A stretch of 63,362 nt of DNA, the filler included, from Candidatus Rokuibacteriota bacterium (GTDB lineage Bacteria; JAUVQV01; DATDCY01): NCBI GenBank assembly GCA_031406795.1. It is 7 parts of 7 records of this genome, joined end to end, with 100 filler letters (N's around TTAATTAATTAA, not from the genome) between each part and the next. Parts side by side here need not be neighbours in the genome. Positions count along the whole stretch, not along the records: positions 1 to 14,768 come from JANOHV010000001.1; positions 14,869 to 24,978 come from JANOHV010000020.1; 5 more parts are not named here. One strand, written 5' to 3'. The notes beneath the pieces are model-generated. The model saw only the letters and a list, made by a program, of their open reading frames with translations, ran no database searches and had not been told where the DNA came from. The position numbers and the translations under genes are program-made. This document shows positions 9,467 to 19,200 of the stretch, one piece after another. Numbering within the stretch: position 1 is the first letter of the stretch; the number at the start of each line of letters is the position of its first letter.

Positions 9467-10303
9467 ATGCTCAAGAGTTATCTGGTGACGGTCGACGGTT
9501 CGGAGTACTCGGCCGCGGCGGTGGGCTACGCCATCGCGCTCGCCAAGCGCGCCTCGGCGCGGATCACCCTCCTGTCGGTCGTGGACATCGTGTCGCTCGA
9601 GGGCCCCTTCCTCGCCGACCTCTCCGGGATCGTCGGGGTGGTGCCTTTTCTCGACCTGCAGCAACAGGTGCGCGAGACGCTCGCCGAAAAAGCGCGATTC
9701 ATCCTCGAAACCCACGCCGCAACCGTCCGCGAGGCCGGCCTCGAATGCGAAAGCCGGATCGAGACCGGCGTGGTCAGCCGCGTGATCTGCGACGCGGCCG
9801 CAACCCACGACGCGATCGTCGTCGGCCGGCGCGGCGAGCACGCCACATGGAGCGGATTCCTGCTGGGTTCGACGGTTGAAGAGGTGGTCCGCGGGTGCTC
9901 CAAGCCGGTGCTCGTCACCCCCGTGCAGGAGCGCCCCCTGACGCGCATCCTGGTCGCCTACGACGGGAGCCGCACGGCGAATCGCGCGCTCGGCCTGGCC
10001 GCGACGCTCGCCGCTGGGCTCGACCTGCCGCTTGTGGTGGTGTGCGTCTCCTCCGACGAGCACGAGGGACGCACGACTCTCGCCGAGGCCGAAGCCTACC
10101 TCGAGCCGCACCGGCTGCGCGTCAAAGCCGTCCTCGAATCCGGCTCGCCGGTCGAGGGAATCCTGCAGGTCGGGCGGCGCGAAGCCTGCGATCTGATCAT
10201 CATGGGCGCCTTCGGGCACAGCCGGATGCGCGAACTCTTCGTGGGGAGCACGACCGACGGGATCCTGCGCACCGCCGAGATCCCGGTGCTGCTCTACCGC
10301 TGA
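9467..10303 (+). CDS. Tandem-domain universal stress protein
   Basis: Two USP domains (VTVDGS...LLGSTVEEV; VAYDGS...MGAFGHS...VGSTT). Confidence 0.9.
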   Translation: MLKSYLVTVDGSEYSAAAVGYAIALAKRASARITLLSVVDIVSLEGPFLADLSGIVGVVPFLDLQQQVRETLAEKARFILETHAATVREAGLECESRIETGVVSRVICDAAATHDAIVVGRRGEHATWSGFLLGSTVEEVVRGCSKPVLVTPVQERPLTRILVAYDGSRTANRALGLAATLAAGLDLPLVVVCVSSDEHEGRTTLAEAEAYLEPHRLRVKAVLESGSPVEGILQVGRREACDLIIMGAFGHSRMRELFVGSTTDGILRTAEIPVLLYR

Positions 10304-10319
10304 TCTCGCGAAGCCAGAA

Positions 10320-11729
10320 GTGGCCCTTTCCGCCGCCATCCGGCCGCTCCTCGAGGAGGTTCTCGGCCCCGGTGGCGTCGTAGCCGCCGCCGGAGCGCTC
10401 GAGCCCTACGGCCGGGACGAAACCCCGGGGCTCGCCGCCGCGCCGGATCTCGTGGTGCTGCCGCGCACCGCCGCGGAAGTCGCCGCCGTTCTGCGGCTCG
10501 CCACCGAACACCGCTTTCCCGTCATCCCGCGCGGCACCGGCACCGGCCTCGTCGGCGGCGCCCTCGCGATCGGGGGAGGCGTCGTGCTCTCCGTGGAGCG
10601 GATGAACCGCATCCTCGAAATCGACGCCGACAACATGATGGCCGTCGTCGAACCGGCGGTCATCACCGGACACCTGCAGCGCGAGGCGGCCGCCGCCGGC
10701 CTGTTCTACCCCCCCGACCCCGCGAGCATCGACTCCTGCAGCATCGGCGGCAACGTGGCCACCGGCGCCGGCGGCCCGCGCGCCGTCAAGTACGGCGTGA
10801 CGCGCGATTACGTCACCGGCTGCGAGCTGGTCGTCCCGACCGGCGAAATCCTCACGCTCGGCGGCAAGATCGTGAAATACGCCACCGGCTATCACCTGCT
10901 CGACCTGGTGATCGGCTCGGAGGGCACCCTCGGGGTCGTCACCCAGGTCACGGTCAAACTGCTGGCGCTTCCCGCGCACCGGACCTCGCTGCTCGTCCCT
11001 TTCGCGACCCTCGAGGCGGCCTCGGGCACGGTGGCCGAGATCATCCGGCGGCGGCTGCTGCCGGCGGCACTCGAGTTCATGGACGCCGGCGCCATCGAGG
11101 CGACCAGGCGCTTCCTCGAGTGCGAGATGCCCTTCCCCGATGCCGGCGCCCACCTGATCATCGAGGTTGACGGCTACACCGAGGAGGCCGTGCGCGCGGA
11201 TTACGAGGCGATCGGCGAACTCTGCCTGGCGCACGGGGCGGCGGACGTGCTGGTTGCGGACACCCGCGCCGCCCAGGAATCACTGTGGAAAGCCCGCCGG
11301 GCGATCGGCGAGGCGGTCAAATCCCAGAACCGCGACGTCGCCAAGCAGGATGTCGTGGTCCCTCGCATGGCGATCCCGGAACTGGTGGCCCGCCTCAGTG
11401 CGATCGGCGCGCGCGCCGGGGCGCCCGTGATCTGCTTCGGCCACGCCGGCGACGGGAACGTCCACGTCAACATCCTGCGCGCCGGACTTGACGACGCCGC
11501 CTGGAAGTCAGCGAAAGATATCGTCTTTCCGGCCTTGATCGACGAGGTCTACCGTCTCGGCGGCGTACTCTCCGGCGAGCACGGCATCGGCTGGCTGAAG
11601 AAGGAGCACCTGGCGCAGGTGCTGCCGCCCAAGCACCTCGAGCTGATGCGCGGAATCAAGCGCGCGTTCGATCCGGCCGGGATTCTCAACCCCGGCAAGA
11701 TTTTCGATTCCCTTTTTCCTGAGAGTTGA
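10320..11729 (+). CDS. FAD-linked oxidase, GlcD/D-2-hydroxyacid dehydrogenase family
   Basis: PRGTGTGLVGG, YPPDPAS, GSEGTLG, FGHAGDGNVH, SGEHGIG and LNPGKIF. Confidence 0.9.
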   Translation: MALSAAIRPLLEEVLGPGGVVAAAGALEPYGRDETPGLAAAPDLVVLPRTAAEVAAVLRLATEHRFPVIPRGTGTGLVGGALAIGGGVVLSVERMNRILEIDADNMMAVVEPAVITGHLQREAAAAGLFYPPDPASIDSCSIGGNVATGAGGPRAVKYGVTRDYVTGCELVVPTGEILTLGGKIVKYATGYHLLDLVIGSEGTLGVVTQVTVKLLALPAHRTSLLVPFATLEAASGTVAEIIRRRLLPAALEFMDAGAIEATRRFLECEMPFPDAGAHLIIEVDGYTEEAVRADYEAIGELCLAHGAADVLVADTRAAQESLWKARRAIGEAVKSQNRDVAKQDVVVPRMAIPELVARLSAIGARAGAPVICFGHAGDGNVHVNILRAGLDDAAWKSAKDIVFPALIDEVYRLGGVLSGEHGIGWLKKEHLAQVLPPKHLELMRGIKRAFDPAGILNPGKIFDSLFPES

Positions 11730-11743
11730 GTATCTTTGTCGCG

Positions 11744-12832
11744 ATGAGCTCGCTGCCGCCGCTGACGATTAAGGGCAAGCGCCTGCCTCTGCCCATTATC
11801 CAGGGCGGCATGGGAGTCGGTGTGTCCCTGCATCCCCTCGCCAGCGCAGTCGCCGCGGCGGGGGGGCTCGGAATTCTCTCGAGTGCCTGTCTCGACCGGC
11901 TCGTTTCGAAGCGGACCGGGAAGAAGACCTCCATCTACGATGCCGTGTACGAAGAGGTCTCCCTCGCGAAGGCGGCCGGGGGGTTCGCCGGCATCAACAT
12001 CATGGTTGCGCTCCAGCGCGACTATGAAGCCTCGGTGCGCGGCGCGATCGACGCCGGGGCCGACGCCATCATCTCCGGCGCGGGGCTGCCGCTTTCGCTC
12101 CCCCAGATCCAGAAGCCGGGGGACACGGCGCTGATCCCGATCGTCTCGTCGGCGCGGGCCCTGGAATTGATCTGCCGCCGTTGGGAGCGCCAGGGACAGC
12201 GGCCCGACGCCGTCGTGCTGGAGGGCCCGCTCGCGGGTGGGCACCTGGGTTTTCGCATGGATCAGGTCGATCTGCCCGAGAACACGCTCGAGGCCCTGTT
12301 GCCCGCGGTCAAGGAGTCGGCAATCGCCCACGGCGACATCCCGGTCATCGTCGCAGGCGGCATCTACACCCACGAAGACATCCTGCGCTTTCTCGCCCTC
12401 GGCGCCGACGGCGTGCAGATGGGCACGCGCTTTCTCGCCACCGAAGAGAGCAGCGCCACGGCGGCCTACAAGCAGGCGGTGGTCGATGCCACGGAGGACG
12501 ACATCCTCGTCGCGAACGACCCCGGCTCCCCCTGCGGCCTGCCGTTTCGCGTTATCAAGCAGTCGCCGATGTACGTTTCGGCGCTCGCGCGCCGGCGCAA
12601 GCCGAAGTGCGACAAGGGGTACGTGCTCCTCAAGGACGAGAAGGGCAACTTCACGCGCTGCCTCGCCAAAGAGAGCAATTTTCACCACTTCTGCATCTGC
12701 AATGGCCTGCTGAGCTCCGCGGGGTACAACCCCGAGCAGGAAGAGCCGATCTACACGGTGGGGGCTACCGCCTCGCGAGTGGACCGCATCCTGAGCGTCA
12801 AGGCCCTCATGAACGAACTGGCTGGGTTCTGA
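11744..12832 (+). CDS. Nitronate monooxygenase / FabK-like FMN oxidoreductase
   Basis: IIQGGMGVG, SGAGLP, EGPLAGGHLG and GVQMGTRF, plus a C-terminal Cys cluster. Confidence 0.88.
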   Translation: MSSLPPLTIKGKRLPLPIIQGGMGVGVSLHPLASAVAAAGGLGILSSACLDRLVSKRTGKKTSIYDAVYEEVSLAKAAGGFAGINIMVALQRDYEASVRGAIDAGADAIISGAGLPLSLPQIQKPGDTALIPIVSSARALELICRRWERQGQRPDAVVLEGPLAGGHLGFRMDQVDLPENTLEALLPAVKESAIAHGDIPVIVAGGIYTHEDILRFLALGADGVQMGTRFLATEESSATAAYKQAVVDATEDDILVANDPGSPCGLPFRVIKQSPMYVSALARRRKPKCDKGYVLLKDEKGNFTRCLAKESNFHHFCICNGLLSSAGYNPEQEEPIYTVGATASRVDRILSVKALMNELAGF

Positions 12833-12835
12833 CAC

Positions 12836-12984
12836 GGGCGGGGATTAACCCCGCCCCTACACCGTCACGAACGTCAAACTGTAGGGAAGCGGTTCACCCA
12901 GACGAGGTGCCGGACGCCGCATTTATCGCGCGCACCCGTCACGAACGTCAAACTGTAGGGGAGGGGTTCACCCCCTCCTCCCGC
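12836..12984. repeat. REP cluster (BIME-like) with a 25-bp direct repeat
   Basis: Three GTAG-REP-like units between convergent genes; CCGTCACGAACGTCAAACTGTAGGG occurs exactly at 12862-12886 and 12936-12960. Confidence 0.75.
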
Positions 12985-12986
12985 GC

Positions 12987-13208
12987 TCAAACCGAAACGA
13001 CTTCCTTGACCTCCGGGATCTGCTGCTTCAGGTAGCGCTCGATCCCCTGCTTGAGCGTCATCTGCGACATCGGGCAACCGGCGCAGGCGCCGACCAGCCG
13101 CACCTTCACGATACCGTCAGCCCCGACTGAAACGAACTCCACGTCGCCGCCATCGGCCTGGAGAGAACCGCGGATCTGATCGAGCGCTTTCTTCACCTTC
13201 TCTTCCAT
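12987..13208 (-). CDS. NifU C-terminal-domain (NfuA-like) Fe-S carrier
   Basis: LQADGGDVE and GACAGCPMS (CxxC); 73 aa. Confidence 0.9.
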   Translation of the reverse strand: MEEKVKKALDQIRGSLQADGGDVEFVSVGADGIVKVRLVGACAGCPMSQMTLKQGIERYLKQQIPEVKEVVSV

Positions 13209-13264
13209 GGCACTTCCTTTCTCGTGAGCATTGATTTCTGCTACTATCGGTCGTGGTGAGAAGG

Positions 13265-14455
13265 ATGTCAACATTGACGATCAGCGCCGGATTGCCCCGC
13301 GTTCTCGCCGTCGCGCTGCTGCTCCCGTCCCTCGCCGGAGCCTGTGCGACGACCGCAGCGGTCCGCGGTGGCGGCGGCGGGGATGTGAACAGCGCGCGCC
13401 TTGCGCCCTACGACGGCCCGCAGGCGCGCATCGCGGTGGCCTCCTTCGAAGACAAGACCAGGAAGGGCAGCGCCGAGATCGGCACCGGCATGGCGACCAT
13501 GCTCACCACGGCGCTCGTCAACAGCAACCGGTTCATCGTGCTCGAGCGCGACCTGCTCGAAGAGGTCCTGCGCGAGCAGGATCTGGGCGCCAGCGGCCGC
13601 GTCCGCGGCGGCACCGAGGCCCCGATCGGCGAGATCGAGGGCGCCGAACTGCTGGTCATCGGCGCGGTGACGGCGTTCGAGCCCGATTCCCTCGGGATCG
13701 GCGGCGGCATTCTCGGGCTCGGGACGCTGATCGGCACCGCGGTGCTGCACGATGCCAACCGCAACGTCCCGATCAGCGCCGCGACCTACACCGAGTCGCA
13801 CATCTCCATCGACGTGCGCGTGATCGACGCCACCACCTCCCGCGTGCTCTTCACCACGGCGATCGACGCCCGGGGCTACGACATGGGCGGCGGCCTGATC
13901 GCCGAGGTCGGCGGCGGCCGCTCGCGCCTGCCGCTGGCCTTCGGCGGGTTCCAGAAGACCGCCACCGAGGAGGCGGTGCGCAAGGCGATCAACCTGGCCG
14001 TCGTCGAACTGGCCCGGCGCACGCCGGCCGAGTACTTCCGCCACGCCAGCGAGGACTTCGCCTCCGGCCGCATGGCGGCCTTCGCCTACCTCGACCTTCC
14101 CGGGTTGACCGGGGAGCGCTTCGAACAGGCTGGCGTGCGCGTCGCCGCGAACCCCGCCGAGTGGGCAACGCTGGCCGCCGAACTCGGGCTTCAGGGCGCG
14201 GCCGCCGCCCCGCCGGTCGATTTCTCGACCCAGCGCGTCGCCGCGGTGTTCGCCGGGGCCCAGGCCGGCCCGGGCAAGTCGGTCTCGGTGGAGAAAGCCG
14301 TCGCCTTCTCCGACCGCCTCGAACTGACCGCCGTCCTGCTCGCGCCCCCGAAAGACGCCCCGGCGCTGCAACCGACGCCGGCGCAGCTGCACCCGATGGC
14401 GCTGGTGCGGCTCGACCGGGGCGCGCCGGTTACGGTTGCCTGGGAGAGTCGCTGA
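13265..14455 (+). CDS. CsgG/HfaB-family lipoprotein with a C-terminal PrcB-like domain
   Basis: Lipobox-like LAGAC; RIAVASF, MLTTALVNSNRFIVLER and GAVTAFE; C-terminal PPVDFS...AVFAG...G..V.V motif. Confidence 0.7.
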   Translation: MSTLTISAGLPRVLAVALLLPSLAGACATTAAVRGGGGGDVNSARLAPYDGPQARIAVASFEDKTRKGSAEIGTGMATMLTTALVNSNRFIVLERDLLEEVLREQDLGASGRVRGGTEAPIGEIEGAELLVIGAVTAFEPDSLGIGGGILGLGTLIGTAVLHDANRNVPISAATYTESHISIDVRVIDATTSRVLFTTAIDARGYDMGGGLIAEVGGGRSRLPLAFGGFQKTATEEAVRKAINLAVVELARRTPAEYFRHASEDFASGRMAAFAYLDLPGLTGERFEQAGVRVAANPAEWATLAAELGLQGAAAAPPVDFSTQRVAAVFAGAQAGPGKSVSVEKAVAFSDRLELTAVLLAPPKDAPALQPTPAQLHPMALVRLDRGAPVTVAWESR

Positions 14456-14474
14456 GGGGAGCAGTCAAGCGCTA

Positions 14475-14503
14475 TTGCATTGCCCAAATGCGGACAATAT
14501 ACT
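14475..14503 (+). promoter_or_regulatory. Sigma70-type promoter
   Basis: TTGCAT, a 17-bp spacer and TATACT, followed by an AAGGAG RBS and ATG at 14569. Confidence 0.5.
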
Positions 14504-14768
14504 GTCTATATGCAGGAGCCTTACCCCGCCCAGCAAGTCAGCGGCACACGCTGAAGGAGAAAAACACGATGAGTACCACGATGGCAGTTTCCGCCACCGA
14601 TCCTTCCGAACTTGGAGCAGAGATCGTACGTAAGTCCTCGCCCTACCCCGACTGCACATTTTCCTCGTCGGCAGGCGTCTTCGTGATGGCCGCCGGGTCA
14701 CGGTCGAGCGCCGGTCCGGCCGGGCGGTCTACTGCAGGGTGTTCTTCTTCAACTCCGCGGGGAGGAAG

Positions 14769-14868
14769 NNNNNNNNNNNNNNNNNNNNNNNNNNNNNNNN
14801 NNNNNNNNNNNNTTAATTAATTAANNNNNNNNNNNNNNNNNNNNNNNNNNNNNNNNNNNNNNNNNNNN
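14769..14868. other. Artificial contig linker
   Basis: N run, TTAATTAATTAA (stops in six frames), N run; 100 nt. Confidence 0.99.
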
Positions 14869-15098
14869 GTCTCCACGAGCGGGCAGTGCGACCGTGTCGC
14901 GCTCGGGGATGTCTCGCCGATCGGCACGAACCTGATCCGGGAATCGAGCGCGCGAGCTGCCGCCTCCATGACCGGGAGGCGCCCGCAGACAACCGGCCGG
15001 CAGACCCGCCCGAGCCGGGGCGAGGCGAGCGCCTTGACGACGATCTCCGGCCCGATGCCGGATGGATCGCCCATCGTGATTGCGAGGATCGGTTTCAT
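14869..15098 (-). CDS. pdxA: 4-hydroxythreonine-4-phosphate dehydrogenase, N-terminal part (cut by contig end)
   Basis: MKPILAITMGDPSGIGPEIVVK. Confidence 0.85.
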
Positions 15099-15162
15099 GG
15101 CCCCCTGTCTGCGACGGGAGGGGATGAACCCCTCCCCTACGAAACAGGAAACGTCCGCGTTT

Positions 15163-15529
15163 TTATTGCGCGAGGATCTTTTCCGCCTCCTTGCGGTAGG
15201 CGCGCATCACGTACGGGATGCCGGTGACCTTCTCGCACTCCTCGGTCAGGCTCATCAGATCCTGGCGCGTGATCGTCGAGAGGTTGAAGTTGCGGCTCCC
15301 GGCCATCAGCTGCTGCAAGCCGGTGCGGATCTTCTGGCTCGCGGTGTAGATGCCCACGGCGCCCAGCGGGAGCTTCTCGACGTCTTTGCCGAACTTCGCC
15401 TTGAGCTCCTCGTACGAGACGAAGATTTCGTCGACCTTGGTTCCGAACTTGCTGACCGTCTTCGGCAGCGTGCCGGCCTTGCCGTTCTTGTCCAACACCA
15501 GCTGCGGGTCGATGCCGCAGACGTTCTCG

Positions 15530-15533
<4 letters not shown>
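15163..15533 (-). pseudogene. Internally deleted copy of an FMN-binding glutamate synthase family gene
   Basis: The C-terminal ~105 aa are near-identical to 24532-24850. They are joined directly to [18 protein letters not shown], which I recall as an N-terminal-half motif of this family. There is no real start. Confidence 0.75.
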
Positions 15534-16165
<632 letters not shown>

Positions 16166-16194
16166 GGGTGGGGACGGTCCCCGGGAACCCGACG

Positions 16195-16229
16195 AAAAAA
16201 GGCCCCCGCCGCGGTTAGCGACGGGGGCC
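16195..16229 (-). terminator. Rho-independent terminator of the peroxidase gene
   Basis: GGCCCCCG...CGGGGGCC hairpin followed by T6 on the minus strand, about 25 nt after the stop. Confidence 0.8.
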
Positions 16230-16253
16230 TCGTGTTTCTCAATGGTACCCGTT

Positions 16254-19200
16254 TTAGCGCAGAGTGCCTCCCAGCGGGATCGTCCCTTCGAACCCGAACT
16301 GCGTCTCAAAGAAGCCTTCCGTGCTCTTGAACAGGTACCAGTTGCCGCCGGGAGCAAAATAGACGCCGAGGTCGTCCCGGCCGTCCTGGTCGAAGTCACC
16401 GACCACCGGTTCCGTCCCCGCGTAGCCGAAGGTCGTCTGAAAGAAGCCCTCCGTGCTCTTGAACAGGTACCAGTTCCCGCCGGGCGGGTAGTAGGCGCCG
16501 ATGTCGGCCCGACCGTCGGCGTCGAAGTCGCCGACCACCGGGATCGTCCCGGCGTAGCCGAACTGCGTCTGCGAGAAGCCTTCCGTGCTCTTGAAGAAGT
16601 ACCAATTCCCGCCGGGCGGGTAGTAGACGCCGATGTCTTCCCGGCCGTCACCGTCGAAGTCCCCGACCACCGGGATCGTCCCGTCGAAGCCGAACTGCGT
16701 CTGGAAGAACCCTTCCGTGCTCTTGAACTGGTACCAGTTCCCGCCGGGCGCGAAGTAGGCGCCGATGTCGGTCGAGCCGTCACCGTCGAAATCCCCGGTG
16801 ACCGGCAGGGTCCCGGCGTACCCGAACGTCGTCTGGAAGAACCCCTCGGTGCTCCTGAACTCGAACCAGTTGCCGCCGGGCGGATAGTAGACGCCGATGT
16901 CCGAGCGGCCGTCGCCGTCGAAATCGTTCCTCACCCTGATGTTCACCGTTACCGACACTGTGGCGGTATTGGAGACCTGACCGCCCGCCGTAACAGTGTA
17001 CGTAAAGGTGGTCAACCCGGAAAACAATGTATTGGCTGTAAAGGTGAAAGTATTGTCTCCGTTAAGAACCGCATTACCGTTTGCCGAGTTCGTCACCCGC
17101 GTCACTATGGCCCCTGCCGGAATGGCCCCGCCATTATACGTATCGTTGGCCAGGACACTAATAATCACCGGCGCAGTCCACGTGGTGACTGCATTATCGT
17201 TAATGGCAACCGGAATAGCCGGATTCACGGTTACCGACACTGTGGCGGTACTGGACACACCGCCCGCCGTAACAGTGTACGTAAAGGTGGTCAACCCGGA
17301 AAACAATGTATTGGCTGTAAAGGTGAAAGTATTGTTTCCGTTAAGAACCGCATTACCGTTTGCCGAGTTCGTCACCAGCGTCACTATGGCCCCTGCCGGA
17401 ATGGCCCCGCCATTGAAAGTATCGTTGGCCAGGACATTAATAATCACCGGCGCAGTCCCTGTGGTGACTGCATTATCGTCAATGGCAATCAGAATAGCCT
17501 GAATCACCGTTACCGACACTGTGGCGGTATTGGAGACTTGACCGGTCGAAGCTACATTGTAGGTAAAGGTGGCTATCCCGACAAAACCTGCGTTGGCTGT
17601 AAAGGTGAAAGTATTGTCTCCGTTAAGAACCGCATTACCGTTTGCCGAGTTCGTCACCCGCGTCACTGTAGCGCCTTCCGGAATGCCCACGCCAAACAAG
17701 GTATCGTTAGCCAGGACATTAATATTCACCGGGATAGTCCCTGTGGTGGTTGCAACATCACCATTGGCAATCAGGGGATTCACCGTTACCGACACCGTGG
17801 CGGTATTGGAGATTTGAAGGCCCACAGTAGTAACAAAGTAGGTAAAGGTGGCTATTCCGGAAATACCTGTAGGTGTAAAGGTGACTGTGTTGTTGGCGTT
17901 AAGGACCGCAGTGCCGTTTGCGGGGAGTGCCACCAGCGTCACTGTAGCGTCTCCCGGAATTGCCCCGCCAAGGTAAACATCGTTAGCCAGGACAGGGATA
18001 TTCACCGGGTTAGTCCCTGTGGTGATTGCAGAATCGCCATTGGCAATAAACGCATTCACCGTTACCGACACCGTGGCGGGATTGGATAGTTCACCGTTCA
18101 CCGTCACATTATAGGTAAAGGTAGCTATCCCGGAAAAACCTGCGTTAGGTGTAAAGGTGAAAGTGTTGTTGCCGTTAAGGACCGCATTGCCATCGACAGC
18201 GTTCATCAGCCGCGTCACTGTCACGGTGGCCCCTCCCGGAATGGCCACGCCGTTGAAAGCATCATTGGCAAGGACATCAATAATCACCGGGGTAACCCCT
18301 GTGGTGGTCGCCACATCGTTGTCGGCAACCGTAGCGAGAACAAATGACACCGTCCCATCGGCGAATTGAAATGCCTCAATGTTCCGGAGTGTGTCCGTCC
18401 CGTCGGTGCCGGCCCCGAGAAGGTGAGTAACGGTAATGCTGCCGTCGGGGTTGGTGACGATATTGTATTCGATAAAGAGACCGGAGAAGACCGCTGTGTC
18501 AATGTGGGTTGGGTTTGGGGCAGCCACCCTGATCGAGCGGACAATTTGCAACTGGCCGGGATTGATCTGGCCCGCTAACACAGCAGCATTGAGCGTCGCC
18601 ATGGTGTCATGGAACTCGGCAATGCCTGCCGGCAGCACGCCGGTGACCCTGATCTGTGCGTCGAGCCAGGCGTCTCCATCGAGAATGTCATCGCCGCCAC
18701 GACCTTCGAGAACGTCGCTTCCTGCGCCGCCAAGGATGATGTTGCCGCCGCTAAACGATGGCACGCCGACCGGCAGAAGAGCTGCCAGGCCCTGGATCCT
18801 CGCAATGCCGGCCGCGGTAAGTTCGTGAGCAGGAGCGATGTCCGCAGCAGTGAAGTTGGTACCCTTCAGGACGTCGTTGAGTGGCCCGCCGGAAAGTCCC
18901 TCAACAAGATCAAAACGGTCCTTGTTATTATTGACTGTCGGCGGTAGCAATGCCGTGAAGAACATGTCAGAGTCGCCGGGGTTCGGATCGAGCTTGTGGG
19001 TCGCCCAGTCAAAGCCGAGCATACCCTCTACGCGCTGGATACCGGGCCCCATCAACCCGATGTCGTCTCCGCCCTCCATGTCGTAGTCCTGCTCTCCGCC
19101 AAATCCGATGATTACGTCATGTCCGGGAGCATTCGGATCGTTCTGGAACGGGGCTCCGTTGTCACCCTGCAGGAGGTTGAACGCACCTCTGCCGCCTTCG

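Noticed and set aside
12862..12960. Mini-CRISPR (two 25-bp direct repeats)
   Set aside because: Only two copies, each running into a GTAG REP; better explained as a BIME-like duplication.
14502..14515. LexA SOS box (CTGTCTATATGCAG)
   Set aside because: Spacing is CTG-N8-CAG rather than CTG-N10-CAG, and no SOS gene follows.
14769..14868. TTAATTAATTAA flanked by Ns (six occurrences) as a biological repeat
   Set aside because: Identical 100-nt six-frame-stop linkers joining contigs; ORFs ending in them are truncated artificially.
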